Notes under the pieces: generated by a model
The model's database searches: none
What the model was told of the DNA's origin: nothing
What the model saw: only the letters and a program-made list of their open reading frames with translations
DNA from: a virus
Lineage: Duplodnaviria > Caudoviricetes
Direction: 5' to 3' (one strand)
DNA length: 35,161 nucleotides
IMG/VR virus record: IMGVR_UViG_3300037104_000416
Location: 1 to 35,161 of that record
Translations under genes and position numbers: made by a program
Shown here: one piece after another, positions 8,795 to 18,469 of the stretch
How the letters are laid out: each line of letters starts with the position of its first letter
How positions within the stretch are numbered: the stretch's first letter is position 1

Positions 8795-10741
8795 CTATCT
8801 CTTCGCCACGACGGGCCACGATGCGGGGTCAGGGAACTTCTTCGCGGCATCCTCGGTGGTGCCCTTCCAGACGCCCTTTCCGTTGGCGTCCAGCATGTAG
8901 GTATAGACGCCCCCTCCCTGAGTGTGCAGGTACGTCTGCCCGTTCTCCTTCTCGGGAGCCTTCACGGAGGTAACCTTGGCACCCTTCACGGCGTCGGCGA
9001 GGTCCTTCTGGAGGAAGTCCTGGTACCGTTTCATCGTCGGCTGGAAACCCTCCGTCTGCGCCATCTCCGCGGTCTCCCCGCGCTGTATCTTCCCCTGGAG
9101 ATCATTCATGGCCCCGCGGTCCTGGGAGCCAAAGAGAACCTGATTGAGAACGCCTTTCGTCGAGAAGAGTTGGCCCACCTCCTGATTGAGGAGCTTGTCC
9201 GTGAACACACCCTTGATGTGGTCCACGGCGCCGTAGATTTCCTGAAGGTCTGGAGTCTTACCCTGCGCGGCGCGTTTCCTGTACCAATCGTTGAGCATCA
9301 TGTTGGCGGCCACGCCCTGCTCGGGACGTATGAGCGTCGCACCTGTCACAGGGTTCGGGGAGGCCCACGTATGGATGATGCCCATGGCGTCGTGGAGGGT
9401 GGGGTCGTCGTCTTTGCGGTTTCTCAGGAGGTAGTCCAGCTCCTCACCGTCGATCTTGATGACCTTTCCCTTGTCCGGACCGTCCGGTACGGTGTAGCCG
9501 CCCTCCTTGAACGCCTGCCGGAAGATCGCACCCTTGTCCAGCTTCTCGGAGGAAGGCTCCGAATCGAGGAGGAGGAGGTAGGGGGGGATGCGATTGGCGA
9601 GCGGTCCCTTCGGGGGCTCCTTCTCGTCTTTGATGCGAGCCTCGATGAAGCTGTATTCTTTTTCGTAATCCGTGTTGGCTGCGAACTTCTGGTCTTTGTC
9701 GGAGAACCAGCGCAGCGTGTCCTCCCACGAGTTGCCAGCCTGATTGTAGGCATCGACGGAGTTGCTCATCTTCTGATTGTCGATTTTCGCCTTGGAGTCC
9801 AGATAGGACATCGCCGCCTTCATCGTGGCATCCTGGCGGAAGCCCGGGACTTGGCTCACGAGTTGGTCGAGGGCCTGGCTGTAGATCATGCCGCCCTCGT
9901 CGTGCGCTTTCACCGCGGAGTCGATGACCTTCTGGTTCCACTGTGCCTGCTCGCCGGCGTCAACGGCCTCTATCTGGCCCTTGAGCTGGTTGCGGTCCTT
10001 CTCGTCGATGCCTGTCTGCTGGGCGAGTTGCGCTATGGCAGCTTCCTTGCCCTGATTCTGGACAGAATCGAGGAGCGACTTCGAAAGCATCCCGAGCTGC
10101 GCCGCGGCCTTGGCGGCCCCTACCTTCTCCGCGAGGACCTCCGGGTGGTAGAAGTTCTGGTAGGTGGGGTTGGACGCGAAGGCATCGAGGAGGTCGGTGC
10201 TCCCCGTCTTGATCGCGTCCTGGGTCGCCATCTGGAGAGCTCGGTCAACGCCGGCCTTCCCATTCTCCACGGCGTCCTTCGTAGCCTCTTGGTAGGCGGC
10301 TTTGTGCGCCTCTACCGCTGTCCCCGTGAATGACTCCAGAGCGTACTTCACCACGTCGGGGAACGCCTTGTACTTGTCGGCCAGGGCCTGCTGGGCGCCA
10401 TCGAGGTAGGTCTGGAAATCGGGGTTGAGCTTGATCGTGCGCATCGGCGCCGGCTGGCCGTTGTCGTCGATCCCCTCGCTGGTGATGAAGTCGAAGCCCT
10501 TCCCCGGACCCTGCTGCACAAGGTCGATGGCCTTCGCGTTGGCTCCCTCTTTCGCGTGCAGGAGGTCGGCCTGCATGTTCACGAACGCCGCATCCTGGGC
10601 GACTTTGTGGAGGTACTGGCCTGCCTTCGCTATGGGGTCGAGGACAGCTTTTGTCGCCTCGTCTATCGCGGCGGATGCAGCTCCGTAGCCCGCGGGTGAC
10701 GGTGGAGAGAGGTTCTCGTTCGGGATGACGAAATCGCTCAT
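8795..10741 (-). CDS. Internal virion protein, gp15-like position
   Basis: 648 aa, helical, Ala/Gln-rich; assigned by synteny. Confidence 0.7.
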   Translation of the reverse strand: MSDFVIPNENLSPPSPAGYGAASAAIDEATKAVLDPIAKAGQYLHKVAQDAAFVNMQADLLHAKEGANAKAIDLVQQGPGKGFDFITSEGIDDNGQPAPMRTIKLNPDFQTYLDGAQQALADKYKAFPDVVKYALESFTGTAVEAHKAAYQEATKDAVENGKAGVDRALQMATQDAIKTGSTDLLDAFASNPTYQNFYHPEVLAEKVGAAKAAAQLGMLSKSLLDSVQNQGKEAAIAQLAQQTGIDEKDRNQLKGQIEAVDAGEQAQWNQKVIDSAVKAHDEGGMIYSQALDQLVSQVPGFRQDATMKAAMSYLDSKAKIDNQKMSNSVDAYNQAGNSWEDTLRWFSDKDQKFAANTDYEKEYSFIEARIKDEKEPPKGPLANRIPPYLLLLDSEPSSEKLDKGAIFRQAFKEGGYTVPDGPDKGKVIKIDGEELDYLLRNRKDDDPTLHDAMGIIHTWASPNPVTGATLIRPEQGVAANMMLNDWYRKRAAQGKTPDLQEIYGAVDHIKGVFTDKLLNQEVGQLFSTKGVLNQVLFGSQDRGAMNDLQGKIQRGETAEMAQTEGFQPTMKRYQDFLQKDLADAVKGAKVTSVKAPEKENGQTYLHTQGGGVYTYMLDANGKGVWKGTTEDAAKKFPDPASWPVVAKR

Positions 10742-10751
10742 CTGCTTCCTC

Positions 10752-11366
10752 TCAGAACCACGAGGCTATCCAGCCGGCAAGGGCTCCGACACCAGCGCCA
10801 ATGGCCCCGCCGATCACCGTTCCAATTCCAGGTATGATGGAACCGATGGCAGCTCCCGCAGCCGCTCCTACACTGGCTCCCGTCGTAACATCGCCCGCCT
10901 GTATCTGCGCATTCGCTACATTGAGCTTCCCCTCCGCGGAAGTCTTCTCCAAATCGAGCTGGTTCACCAGCGTATCGTAGCCGGCATCGTAGATGCTCTT
11001 CTGGGCCGTGTAAGCCGCGGCCCCCGAGGTAGGTTGGTCAGCTCCGCCGGTCTGGATCCCGCGCATCCCCATCGCCGCGAGGCGGTCTCCAAGGGTCTGC
11101 GCCTCATTGGTCTGATACTCGGCTTCCTTGGTGGCTTCGTACTGCGGGAAGTAGTCGAGATACTTCTGGTAGAGGTCCTTGTTTGCTTGGCCCTCAGTGG
11201 CAGTCGTGAGACCCTTCTCGAATCCTTCAATGTCCTGCGTGACTCCGGTAAGAAAGGAACCTACGTCGAAATTGACAGCGTCTGGACTGTTGAGTGGAGA
11301 AGAAGACTCGTACATAGGGTCGCCACCAGAAACCGATGAGAGGCTGTTGTAATTTACGTCGCTCAC
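10752..11366 (-). CDS. Internal virion protein, gp14-like, with C-terminal glycine zipper
   Basis: 204 aa; C-terminal GASVGAAAGAAIGSIIPGIGTVIGGAIGAGVGALAG; synteny. Confidence 0.7.
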   Translation of the reverse strand: MSDVNYNSLSSVSGGDPMYESSSPLNSPDAVNFDVGSFLTGVTQDIEGFEKGLTTATEGQANKDLYQKYLDYFPQYEATKEAEYQTNEAQTLGDRLAAMGMRGIQTGGADQPTSGAAAYTAQKSIYDAGYDTLVNQLDLEKTSAEGKLNVANAQIQAGDVTTGASVGAAAGAAIGSIIPGIGTVIGGAIGAGVGALAGWIASWF

Positions 11367-13252
11367 ACTTCCACCAGTTTGTAGCGTGCCGTGATCGACA
11401 CGAGGTTGAATGGAACAGGGTCAACGATGGCTACGTACACCCCCTGATTGTCGTCGATCTGCATGGGGAGGTTGTCAACGGGGACGAATCCCGAGTTCAT
11501 CGCCGGGGGGTTCCCGTAGGTCATCACACCGAGGATCTGGAGCTTGTCCCAGAAGTTGGTGAGCGTCTCTCCGGGGTTCCCCAGGGGATCGCTCGGAGCC
11601 GTCTGCCCAACCCACCCGCCGAGAGAGTTGTACACCTTCAACCAAGCCTTCTCGATTGAACGCAGCAACCCCAGGGCCCCACCCTTCGCGGGAAGCATCG
11701 GGATGAGATCCCACCACGCCGAGTAGTACGGGAAGCCTACCTGGAGCTTCTTCACCGGCTGAGTGTAGTCGATGACCCCGCCCCCCGAACAGGTGACCAG
11801 CGGCATTACCCTGCCGTCTCCGAACCCCGCCACCTGCTGAGTACCGAGCGGGGAAGGAAGGCCGGTGAAGTGGGTGGTGCCAACGCCCCCGGACGTCTGT
11901 GTCTGCCCGCAGTCCAGGTAGAAGCTGTCTTCCTGCGCGGTGGTGTTGATGTCGTCCAGGTACAGGTACTCGATGGAGACGGTGGTGCCGCGCACCACGG
12001 CGAGCCAGAGCTCGTCGTAATTGGTACCGGAGAGGACGCATCCCCCCGCCACCTTGCCGGCGCCGCCGATCTGGTGCTGGGCAAATCCGCACCCAGCGTT
12101 CACGATGAAGCCAGTGTCCTGCTGCTTCACGTTCGCAGAGACGATCGTGCCGTCAGCCATACGGATCCACGCGATGGGCTCTGGGCGCAACGTCACCCAG
12201 AAGTCCACGGCGACGCGGGACATGAGGTGCTCGGCGTGGTCGGACAGGGGGGCGTCGGAGAAGAAGCCGCGCTGGAGCGAGAGGATGAGGCTGCGCAGCG
12301 TCTTCCCATCCGCTCCGAGATAGAGGTTGACGTTGACCACGGGGACCGGCCGTGAGTTGGCAAGCGCCCCGTAGCTGGCGCTCTTCTTCATCCAGTAGGT
12401 AGCGGGAGTCGGAGGCGTCCCCGTGACCCCATCGGGGTACATCCATGTGGACTTGTCGGTTCCCGCCAGAAGGGACTGCGTTGCCAGGAGCCAGAGGACG
12501 CGCGAGGCGTTCATGTCGTTCTGGAGGAGGTAGATGGCGTCTGCCGCAGCCGGGGATGCCGGAATCGTGAAGATGAGATAGGTCTGCGCCGTCCCGGGAG
12601 CAGGGAGCGTGCAAGCGTACTGTGCCGTGGGGTTGGCGTTGGTGCCCGTCAGGAAGAGGCGGCCCGCGTAGAACTCTCCAGCCCCGGGGTAGTGATTCAA
12701 GCTGCCGAACGTCTCGGGTGTCCCTGCCGTCGTGTTGGTGAACGTCGGCTGGCTTGCCGACCAGGCCCCGCTTCCGTCAGAGGCGGCGTTCACGATCTCG
12801 CAGACGGGGCACCCCCCCGCGGTACCTGTTGCCGTCCCCGACATGAATAGCCAGAGCGTACCGTTCGTCGATGCGTGGTTGATCGCAGGAAGGTCCGCGA
12901 GGGCATAGGCGGGGACATTGGTGGTGATCGTGGTGACGTAGGCGTGCGTTGCCTGAGAGAATACGTAGATCGTGGCTACACCGGAGACGAGGCAGATGAA
13001 CAGAGCGAACTGCTGGCCGTACTTCGCGGTGAACTTGACCTTGCGGACCACCTGGGAATCAGCCGGCACAACGTAGACGAAGCGAGTCCCGGGACGCCTC
13101 CGCCACCCCCCACCCGCGCGCGGGATGACGTTGTACATGAGAGCAGAGCCCGTCTTGTACTCGGGGGATTCCACTCGGCCCTGGAAGGTCGGAGCTATCT
13201 CGCCATAGCCGAAGTCCCCCTTCGTGATCTCATGGACATCGAGATCGCTCAT
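11363..13252 (-). CDS. Tail tubular protein B / nozzle (T7 gp12, P22 gp10-like)
   Basis: 629 aa; N-terminal F-x-x-GEI-x-P...GR...Y...N-x-x-P-x-x-GG-x-x-RRPGTRFV signature; YP-x-x-x-x-F-x-x-x-RL motif. Confidence 0.9.
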   Translation of the reverse strand: MSDLDVHEITKGDFGYGEIAPTFQGRVESPEYKTGSALMYNVIPRAGGGWRRRPGTRFVYVVPADSQVVRKVKFTAKYGQQFALFICLVSGVATIYVFSQATHAYVTTITTNVPAYALADLPAINHASTNGTLWLFMSGTATGTAGGCPVCEIVNAASDGSGAWSASQPTFTNTTAGTPETFGSLNHYPGAGEFYAGRLFLTGTNANPTAQYACTLPAPGTAQTYLIFTIPASPAAADAIYLLQNDMNASRVLWLLATQSLLAGTDKSTWMYPDGVTGTPPTPATYWMKKSASYGALANSRPVPVVNVNLYLGADGKTLRSLILSLQRGFFSDAPLSDHAEHLMSRVAVDFWVTLRPEPIAWIRMADGTIVSANVKQQDTGFIVNAGCGFAQHQIGGAGKVAGGCVLSGTNYDELWLAVVRGTTVSIEYLYLDDINTTAQEDSFYLDCGQTQTSGGVGTTHFTGLPSPLGTQQVAGFGDGRVMPLVTCSGGGVIDYTQPVKKLQVGFPYYSAWWDLIPMLPAKGGALGLLRSIEKAWLKVYNSLGGWVGQTAPSDPLGNPGETLTNFWDKLQILGVMTYGNPPAMNSGFVPVDNLPMQIDDNQGVYVAIVDPVPFNLVSITARYKLVEV

Positions 13253-13255
13253 GGC

Positions 13256-13972
13256 CTAAGCGAACCTGTTCGGATCGGAGAGATCGCCCTCGGTCGAGGA
13301 GTCGCCGCCCCTGGTGTCCTCGTAATATTTGTAGCCGCGGACGCCGCTGCCTTGGTAGGTCACCTTCATCTTGTCGTCGTTGGCGATGGCGTTTCGGAGG
13401 GACGAGTCGGCGCTCTTCTCCAGGATCTTCAAGAGCGACGGGTTCTGCCGCATGGGCATACACAGGCCCACCGCGAGCTGATCGTGGACAGCGTGAAGGA
13501 ACCAGTCGGGGAGCGTTGCCGCATCCTCGTTGTAGAGGAGCCGCTGGTACTTCAGGTAGCATGCGGTGGCGTTGGTGAGGATCCACCGATCCTCTCGCGC
13601 CCACGGCATGCTGGACAGGGTGTCGTCGTCGGAGATCGTCGTACCGGCAGGAACCGCGTTGATGGCAATCACGCCGTCCTGCTGGAAGTCGGAGCAGTCG
13701 TTGGGTAGCGCATAGGCGTAGAGGTAGCCGTAGGCGGGAACGTAGTCTCCGTCCACGACGAGCTGGGCGCGCTTGCGCAGCACGCACCAGTCGTCGTTGG
13801 CCGCCAGTACGGCCGTTATGGCATCGGGAAGCAGGTCCGCGCAGATGAGGGCGTTGGGGTCGGAACCGCCGATGGCCGAGATCCGGTCCTTCCCCACCGC
13901 CCGAAGTGCGGTGTTGCACACCGAAACCCAGGATGCCCCGGGGGATGCTCCGACTATGGGCGTCTGGGCCAT
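13256..13972 (-). CDS. Tail tubular protein A / head-tail adaptor (gp11-like)
   Basis: VCNTALRAVG...I, W-x-x-x-x-KRAQL and Y-x-YAYALP-x-D motifs; directly upstream of the nozzle gene. Confidence 0.85.
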   Translation of the reverse strand: MAQTPIVGASPGASWVSVCNTALRAVGKDRISAIGGSDPNALICADLLPDAITAVLAANDDWCVLRKRAQLVVDGDYVPAYGYLYAYALPNDCSDFQQDGVIAINAVPAGTTISDDDTLSSMPWAREDRWILTNATACYLKYQRLLYNEDAATLPDWFLHAVHDQLAVGLCMPMRQNPSLLKILEKSADSSLRNAIANDDKMKVTYQGSGVRGYKYYEDTRGGDSSTEGDLSDPNRFA

Positions 13973-13979
13973 GTGTGTC

Positions 13980-14576
13980 CTACGCCTCCACCGGGACCTT
14001 CCCGGCCTTCTTCTTGGCTCTGGCCGCGGCCAGACGCTCGCCGGCGGCCTTCCTGGCCTCGGCGCTCATGGGCTTGCGGGTGCCCTTCTTGGCGGCGGGC
14101 GTGGGCCGCGCCGTGGGAGCCGCCGGCCGCTCGGGCCGCGTCAGGGTGATCGGGCCGGACACGGACTGCACATTTCCCTCCTCGGAGGTCTTGGCAATCG
14201 TGGTGCCCCGGCGGATGAGCTTCGGCCTGGAGATGGCAACGACGCCGTGGGGAAGCGTGTACTTTCCCTCGCCGGTCTTGGCGACCAGCCTGTCGTTGGC
14301 CTCTTCCTCCGCGGTGAGCTTCCGGTAGGGAAGGACACGCGCGTCAACGATATCGCACAACTCGTCGTTGTGGGCTTCCACCCATGCCGCGGCGGCCTCG
14401 TCCCCGTACTCGAAGACCTCGGGGAACAGGCCGATGGCCGTCAGGCGGCGAAGCTGGGCCTCGTCGATGTCGTAGATGCGCTCCCGCCGGTAGTTGTGCG
14501 TGATCGGGGTCTCGCGCTTGGAAAGGTGCTGGCGGTCTCCGCTGTCGATGGCGTCGTCGATGCAGATGAACTTCAT
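13980..14576 (-). CDS. Hypothetical protein with basic Lys/Ala-rich C-terminal tail
   Basis: Likely start MKFICIDD at 14576, just after the stop of the preceding gene. C-terminus KKGTRKPMSAEARKAAGERLAAARAKKKAGK. Confidence 0.65.
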   Translation of the reverse strand: MKFICIDDAIDSGDRQHLSKRETPITHNYRRERIYDIDEAQLRRLTAIGLFPEVFEYGDEAAAAWVEAHNDELCDIVDARVLPYRKLTAEEEANDRLVAKTGEGKYTLPHGVVAISRPKLIRRGTTIAKTSEEGNVQSVSGPITLTRPERPAAPTARPTPAAKKGTRKPMSAEARKAAGERLAAARAKKKAGKVPVEA

Positions 14577-14577
14577 G

Positions 14578-14892
14578 TTACGCTCCCACCTTCTCGGACC
14601 AGTGCCATGTCCCTTCGAGGCTGCTGTCGCTGAAGTGAACCGAAGTCCGCCACATCGACCCCTTTTCGCACTCTTCCCTGGTGGGCGTGGGCCTGTTGAA
14701 CCGACACGCTCCCGGGGGGATGTCCTTGTTGGTCGCCTCGAACAGGTCGTTGGTACCGTCGAGGATGACCTGAAGATTGACGAGACCCGTTGTCCCGCCA
14801 GCATCGTGCCATGCGTTCACGATCATGGCCGGCCGATGCTCGCCGTTTTCCAGAACAAAGTGGACTATTCGTCCTTCGATGACACCGTTCAT
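14578..14892 (-). CDS. Conserved-looking phage hypothetical protein
   Basis: 104 aa; RBS GGAGGT; GRIVHFV...PAMIV...VNLQV...GTWHW pattern. Confidence 0.7.
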   Translation of the reverse strand: MNGVIEGRIVHFVLENGEHRPAMIVNAWHDAGGTTGLVNLQVILDGTNDLFEATNKDIPPGACRFNRPTPTREECEKGSMWRTSVHFSDSSLEGTWHWSEKVGA

Positions 14893-14972
14893 TGAGCGTT
14901 ACCTCCGCTCTAAGAGAATGGCCCCCTCATACGAGAGGGCCACCCGAGTATACAGATTCGGAATCGCGGTTT

Positions 14973-15452
14973 CTACAGGTTGGACCCGCCGAGGGTCACA
15001 GCCAGAGCGGCCCGTGCGCCGTGCTCGAAGAACACCTCGAAGGTGTTGGACGTGTAGGACCCGCTGGACTTCGCCGTCAGCCCCTGGCTGAAGTAGCGCC
15101 GCACCGTCTCCGGTGCCCGGTACCTCCACTCCTGCCCGATGGGCCACACGATGCCCGTGATCGTCGGAGCGTAGGTGGCGACGTAGGCCAAGGACGAGTT
15201 CATGGCCGCCACCGTGTCGTCCGCGATGAACGGGATGATGTAGTCCGCCGCGTTGAAGGCGCCAAGGGCGCGCCACACCGCGTACAGATCCCGGTCCAGG
15301 GTGTGCCGCGTGAAGCGGCTCAGGGTGGACATCGCCCCCATGTCGATGTAGGTCGTTCCGACCCCACCCGCCGGGTAGTAGTCGGTGTTCGCGGTCGTCG
15401 GGGAGATCGTCGCGTTGGCGATCGGTCCGTAGGCAAAGATTGCGTCTCTCAT
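14973..15452 (-). CDS. Capsid cement/decoration protein (Bbp16-like position)
   Basis: 159 aa, beta-rich, immediately downstream of the major capsid gene; RBS GAGGAG. Confidence 0.65.
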   Translation of the reverse strand: MRDAIFAYGPIANATISPTTANTDYYPAGGVGTTYIDMGAMSTLSRFTRHTLDRDLYAVWRALGAFNAADYIIPFIADDTVAAMNSSLAYVATYAPTITGIVWPIGQEWRYRAPETVRRYFSQGLTAKSSGSYTSNTFEVFFEHGARAALAVTLGGSNL

Positions 15453-15477
15453 GGTCTTGCTCCTCTTTCCCTTCTGC

Positions 15478-16458
15478 CTACGCCAGCGCCGTCAGGTTGT
15501 TGGGGATGCCTTCGTGCATCCGCAGCGGGATACCCGCCACGAACGTCACAGGCCCGTAGCCCTCGATCGCCTGCACGGTGAGCGCGCCGTTTGCCGTGTC
15601 GCGGTACGCCTGCGCCTCGATCTGGCCCTTGATCGTGCGGTTGACGAACAGGAAGGCGTTCCGTCCGAAGTTCTGGAGCTGGTTCTTCCCGTAGCGCACG
15701 AAGTCGGTGATCGAGAACGTGTTGGCCGCGCCGCTGGTGGCGAGGTTGGTGTAGCGCATGAGCGCCCTGTTGTTGCGCAGCACGATGCCCGCCCAGATCT
15801 GGTACAGGCGGCACCAGGCGTAGTTCTGCCCGGTCCCGGTCGGGGAGGTTACCCTCTGACGACCGCGGTCCTCGTTGTGGAACCCGGGGGTCCCGCTGTT
15901 GGACGGGAAGGCCAGGTACAGGGTGTTGGGGGACAACTCCATGAGCCAGGCGTCCGAAACGTTCGCAGCAGCCCCGCCGCTGAAAACGTAGGGAGCGTAG
16001 CCGGTGAGGGCCGCGCGCCGCATGGACATCGAGTAGAAGTTGTCGGGTGCCAGTCCGTCGTTGCCGTACAGGAGGTTGTACGCCCAGTCCTGGAACGCCC
16101 CCTCCATGTTCAGGCCGTCTTCGCTGTCGCGCACGGCCAGGGGGTCATCGACGCCCTGGAGGATGCGCTCGTCGATCTGCGACTCTCCCTCGTAGAGCTT
16201 CACGGGCTCTTCGATGAAGTCGCCAGTCGAGGAGATGGTCGGGATGGGCTGGTTGGCGCGGGAGAACGTGCCGGTTCCGAGGCGGCTGCCCTGGAACTGG
16301 CGGTTCATCACGCCGTGGGTCGCCTTCAGCCAAGGCATGACATCCAGGAGGTCGATGATCTGGGCGAGCTCTCCGAGAGAGGCCGCCAGATTGTCGTAGT
16401 CCTTTCGGATCATGGCCTGAGGCAATGTCATTTGCGCGAAAGCGCTCAAACCTGCCAT
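15478..16458 (-). CDS. Major capsid protein (BPP-1 Bbp17 / epsilon15 gp7-like)
   Basis: 326 aa; LLDVMPW...R-x-NQ...E-x-x-x-LYEGESQID...R-x-SED...EG-x-x-Q...LLYG and FVAGIPLR motifs; RBS TAAGGAG; strongly biased codons. Confidence 0.9.
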   Translation of the reverse strand: MAGLSAFAQMTLPQAMIRKDYDNLAASLGELAQIIDLLDVMPWLKATHGVMNRQFQGSRLGTGTFSRANQPIPTISSTGDFIEEPVKLYEGESQIDERILQGVDDPLAVRDSEDGLNMEGAFQDWAYNLLYGNDGLAPDNFYSMSMRRAALTGYAPYVFSGGAAANVSDAWLMELSPNTLYLAFPSNSGTPGFHNEDRGRQRVTSPTGTGQNYAWCRLYQIWAGIVLRNNRALMRYTNLATSGAANTFSITDFVRYGKNQLQNFGRNAFLFVNRTIKGQIEAQAYRDTANGALTVQAIEGYGPVTFVAGIPLRMHEGIPNNLTALA

Positions 16459-16627
16459 TGGTTGGCTCCTTACAGAATGCGTTTCGTGAGAAACACACTT
16501 GTCCGGTTCCCAAGTAGGTTCGAGAGATTCGAGGTCCCGATTCTTTCACACGGTTCCCAAGGTCTCTCGCCCTTGCAGGTCTCTTCTTAAGTGCGGGTGG
16601 AGTCCCGGCACCGCCGAGAAGCTCCTA

Positions 16628-16701
16628 TGGCTGGGATGGGATTCGAACCCATGATCTCGGGGATATGAGCCCCGCGAGGACGACCACTCCTCTACCCAAC
16701 T
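16628..16701 (-). tRNA. tRNA-Met(CAU) with initiator (fMet) hallmarks
   Basis: Cloverleaf AGTTGGG-TA-GAGG-AGTGGTCGT-CCTC-G-CGGGG-CTCATAT-CCCCG-AGATC-ATGGG-TTCGAAT-CCCAT-CCCAGCC-A. Has a 1:72 mismatch (A:C), A11:U24 and consecutive G-C pairs closing the anticodon stem. CCA is not encoded. Confidence 0.9.
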
Positions 16702-16707
16702 ATGCAA

Positions 16708-16736
16708 TCAATAGCCACGCGCGAAGGAAATGTCAA
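16708..16736 (-). promoter_or_regulatory. Putative promoter for tRNA-capsid transcript
   Basis: TTGACA-N17-TATTGA ending 6 nt before the tRNA 5' end. Confidence 0.55.
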
Positions 16737-17089
16737 GAGCTTACCAGCCGGCTCCCGTCGCTGCTCCTGCCATTCAGGGCAACAGGTTCTCCGTCCACTC
16801 CGTAGATGACGCCAGGGGTCAGCCTCGGCGGGGTCTTGTGGACGCCGAGAAGGCGCTGGGACTCCTCGCTGTAGTGGAACCCCGAGTGCTTCTCCACGAC
16901 CTGCGAGCCGATGACGTTGCCCTCGCTGTCGGTCTTGGGGATCTCCACGAACTCGGCCCTCCGCTCTCCCTGCGGTTGCGGCCGAGCACTCTGCTTGGAC
17001 TCGAATCTCCGCGCGTTCTCGGCCACCCGGTCCACCTGCCCCTTGGAAGCCTCGATGCTCTTGAGGATGTCCTCTTCCAGCTTTCCCAT
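16733..17089 (-). CDS. Hypothetical protein (head module)
   Basis: 118 aa; starts 3 nt after the scaffold stop. Confidence 0.6.
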   Translation of the reverse strand: MGKLEEDILKSIEASKGQVDRVAENARRFESKQSARPQPQGERRAEFVEIPKTDSEGNVIGSQVVEKHSGFHYSEESQRLLGVHKTPPRLTPGVIYGVDGEPVALNGRSSDGSRLVSS

Positions 17090-17092
17090 CGA

Positions 17093-17848
17093 CTACGCTC
17101 CTGCCGCCTTCGGACCGTGCAGCGCCTGCCACTCGGGGGAGTAGTTGCCCTGACGGCCGTTGACCGCCGGCTTCTTGTCGCCACCGCCTGCCCCTCCACC
17201 CTCTCCGGTAACGAGCCCCTTGGGCTCCAGTTTCGCCTGCTCTGCGGCGATGTCCTTCAGAAAGTCGGGATCGTAGGCGACACCGCTGTTGATGAGGGTC
17301 GTCCGCGTTTTCTCCGAGTACCCTGCGAGCTTCTTCACCGCGAGGTTGTAGGCGGCGTCTGCGGCCTTGGCGTCGCCCCCCATTGCCGCGGTGAGCGCCT
17401 GCATCTTGTTCGCCTCTCCCTGGGCCTTTCGCGCCTCGGTGCGGCCGGCCGCGGCCTTGGCGATGCCCTCGATCTTGGTCATGTACGCCTGAGCCTGCTT
17501 GCGCGTGTAGCCGTTGGCGTGAACGAAAGCCTTCGCGTCGTCCACGACCTCTTTCGGAACGAACTTATCGTCGTACTTGAGGTCGTACTCCTCGGCCTTG
17601 GTGGGGAGGTCCATGCGGGCGTGGAACTCGGCGACCTCCTCGGGAGGGCTGTCCTTCGTCGGGATGATGATGCCGCGCTCCTTCACCTTCTGCGCGAGGG
17701 AGGCGTGCTCAAGGAAAAGCTCGTTCACGTCTTTCCCGGCGTAGGACTTCAGCACGTCGGCGTACTGCTCGCGGACCTCTTTCTTGACCTGGGAAGCGAA
17801 CTTCGGCTCTGCGGCTTTCGCGGCGGCCTCTTCTTCAGGTGTTGCCAT
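17093..17848 (-). CDS. Capsid scaffolding protein
   Basis: 251 aa, charged and helical; IIIP-x-x-D...EF-x-x-x-x-x-x-P-x-x-AEEY motif; lies between portal and capsid genes. Confidence 0.8.
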   Translation of the reverse strand: MATPEEEAAAKAAEPKFASQVKKEVREQYADVLKSYAGKDVNELFLEHASLAQKVKERGIIIPTKDSPPEEVAEFHARMDLPTKAEEYDLKYDDKFVPKEVVDDAKAFVHANGYTRKQAQAYMTKIEGIAKAAAGRTEARKAQGEANKMQALTAAMGGDAKAADAAYNLAVKKLAGYSEKTRTTLINSGVAYDPDFLKDIAAEQAKLEPKGLVTGEGGGAGGGDKKPAVNGRQGNYSPEWQALHGPKAAGA

Positions 17849-18197
17849 CTGTTCCTCCGATTTGTGTGAGTTCTTCGGTCACATCGTTCATGTTGGCCGT
17901 CGATAATAGCACCTTGGCTTCCGCGGTGTAAGCCCTGAGTGCTGCGGGGTCAGTGAGGTTCACGTTGGGCTCCTCGCCCTCCCGGATGCCCAGCATGGAC
18001 AGGAGCCAGTTGTGGAACGCCACGAGGTCGGGCTTGATGCGCTCGGCCTCCGTCTCGTTGCATCCGCAGCGGTTGGCGATCGCCGAGAGCACCAGCTCCC
18101 CGTAGTCTCCCGTTCCCTGGAAGCACGCGATGAAGGCGGCCCGGAAGGCGTGCTGGATGCGCAACTCCAGAAGGCGCTCTTCGTTGGGTTCGCTCAT
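17835..18197 (-). CDS. Bbp19-like head-module protein
   Basis: 120 aa; F-x-x-x-F...GELVL-x-x-I-x-x-x-C pattern; located between portal and scaffold. Confidence 0.55.
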   Translation of the reverse strand: MSEPNEERLLELRIQHAFRAAFIACFQGTGDYGELVLSAIANRCGCNETEAERIKPDLVAFHNWLLSMLGIREGEEPNVNLTDPAALRAYTAEAKVLLSTANMNDVTEELTQIGGTDGNT

Positions 18198-18469
18198 GTC
18201 CCGTCCAACTCGTTCGCGCCCTTGATGTGTGAGGCTCCGCAGATGAAAGCCGCCGCGGTCACGGACCTCTTGATGTCCTCCTCGGACAGGTGGGCACCCT
18301 GCACTTCCACCATGCCGTCCGTGTAGGCGAGGATGATGACGAACCCCGCGATGTGCTCGCCTTGGCAGTGCTTGGCGAGGGCGTTCTCGGCGCCTGCCGC
18401 GGCGATCATCTTCGCGGCGTTGCGCACGGGAGGGCCGGGGCGCCAGAGCTTGTTGTTGTTCTCGCTCAC
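18194..18469 (-). CDS. Hypothetical protein
   Basis: 91 aa; overlapping start/stop codons with both neighbours. Confidence 0.6.
   Translation of the reverse strand: MSENNNKLWRPGPPVRNAAKMIAAAGAENALAKHCQGEHIAGFVIILAYTDGMVEVQGAHLSEEDIKRSVTAAAFICGASHIKGANELDGT

Noticed and set aside
10752-10900. IPGIG motif as part of a Nop/IS110 domain (Tas candidate)
   Set aside because: It lies in a glycine-zipper segment of an internal virion protein and lacks the downstream Nop-domain pattern.
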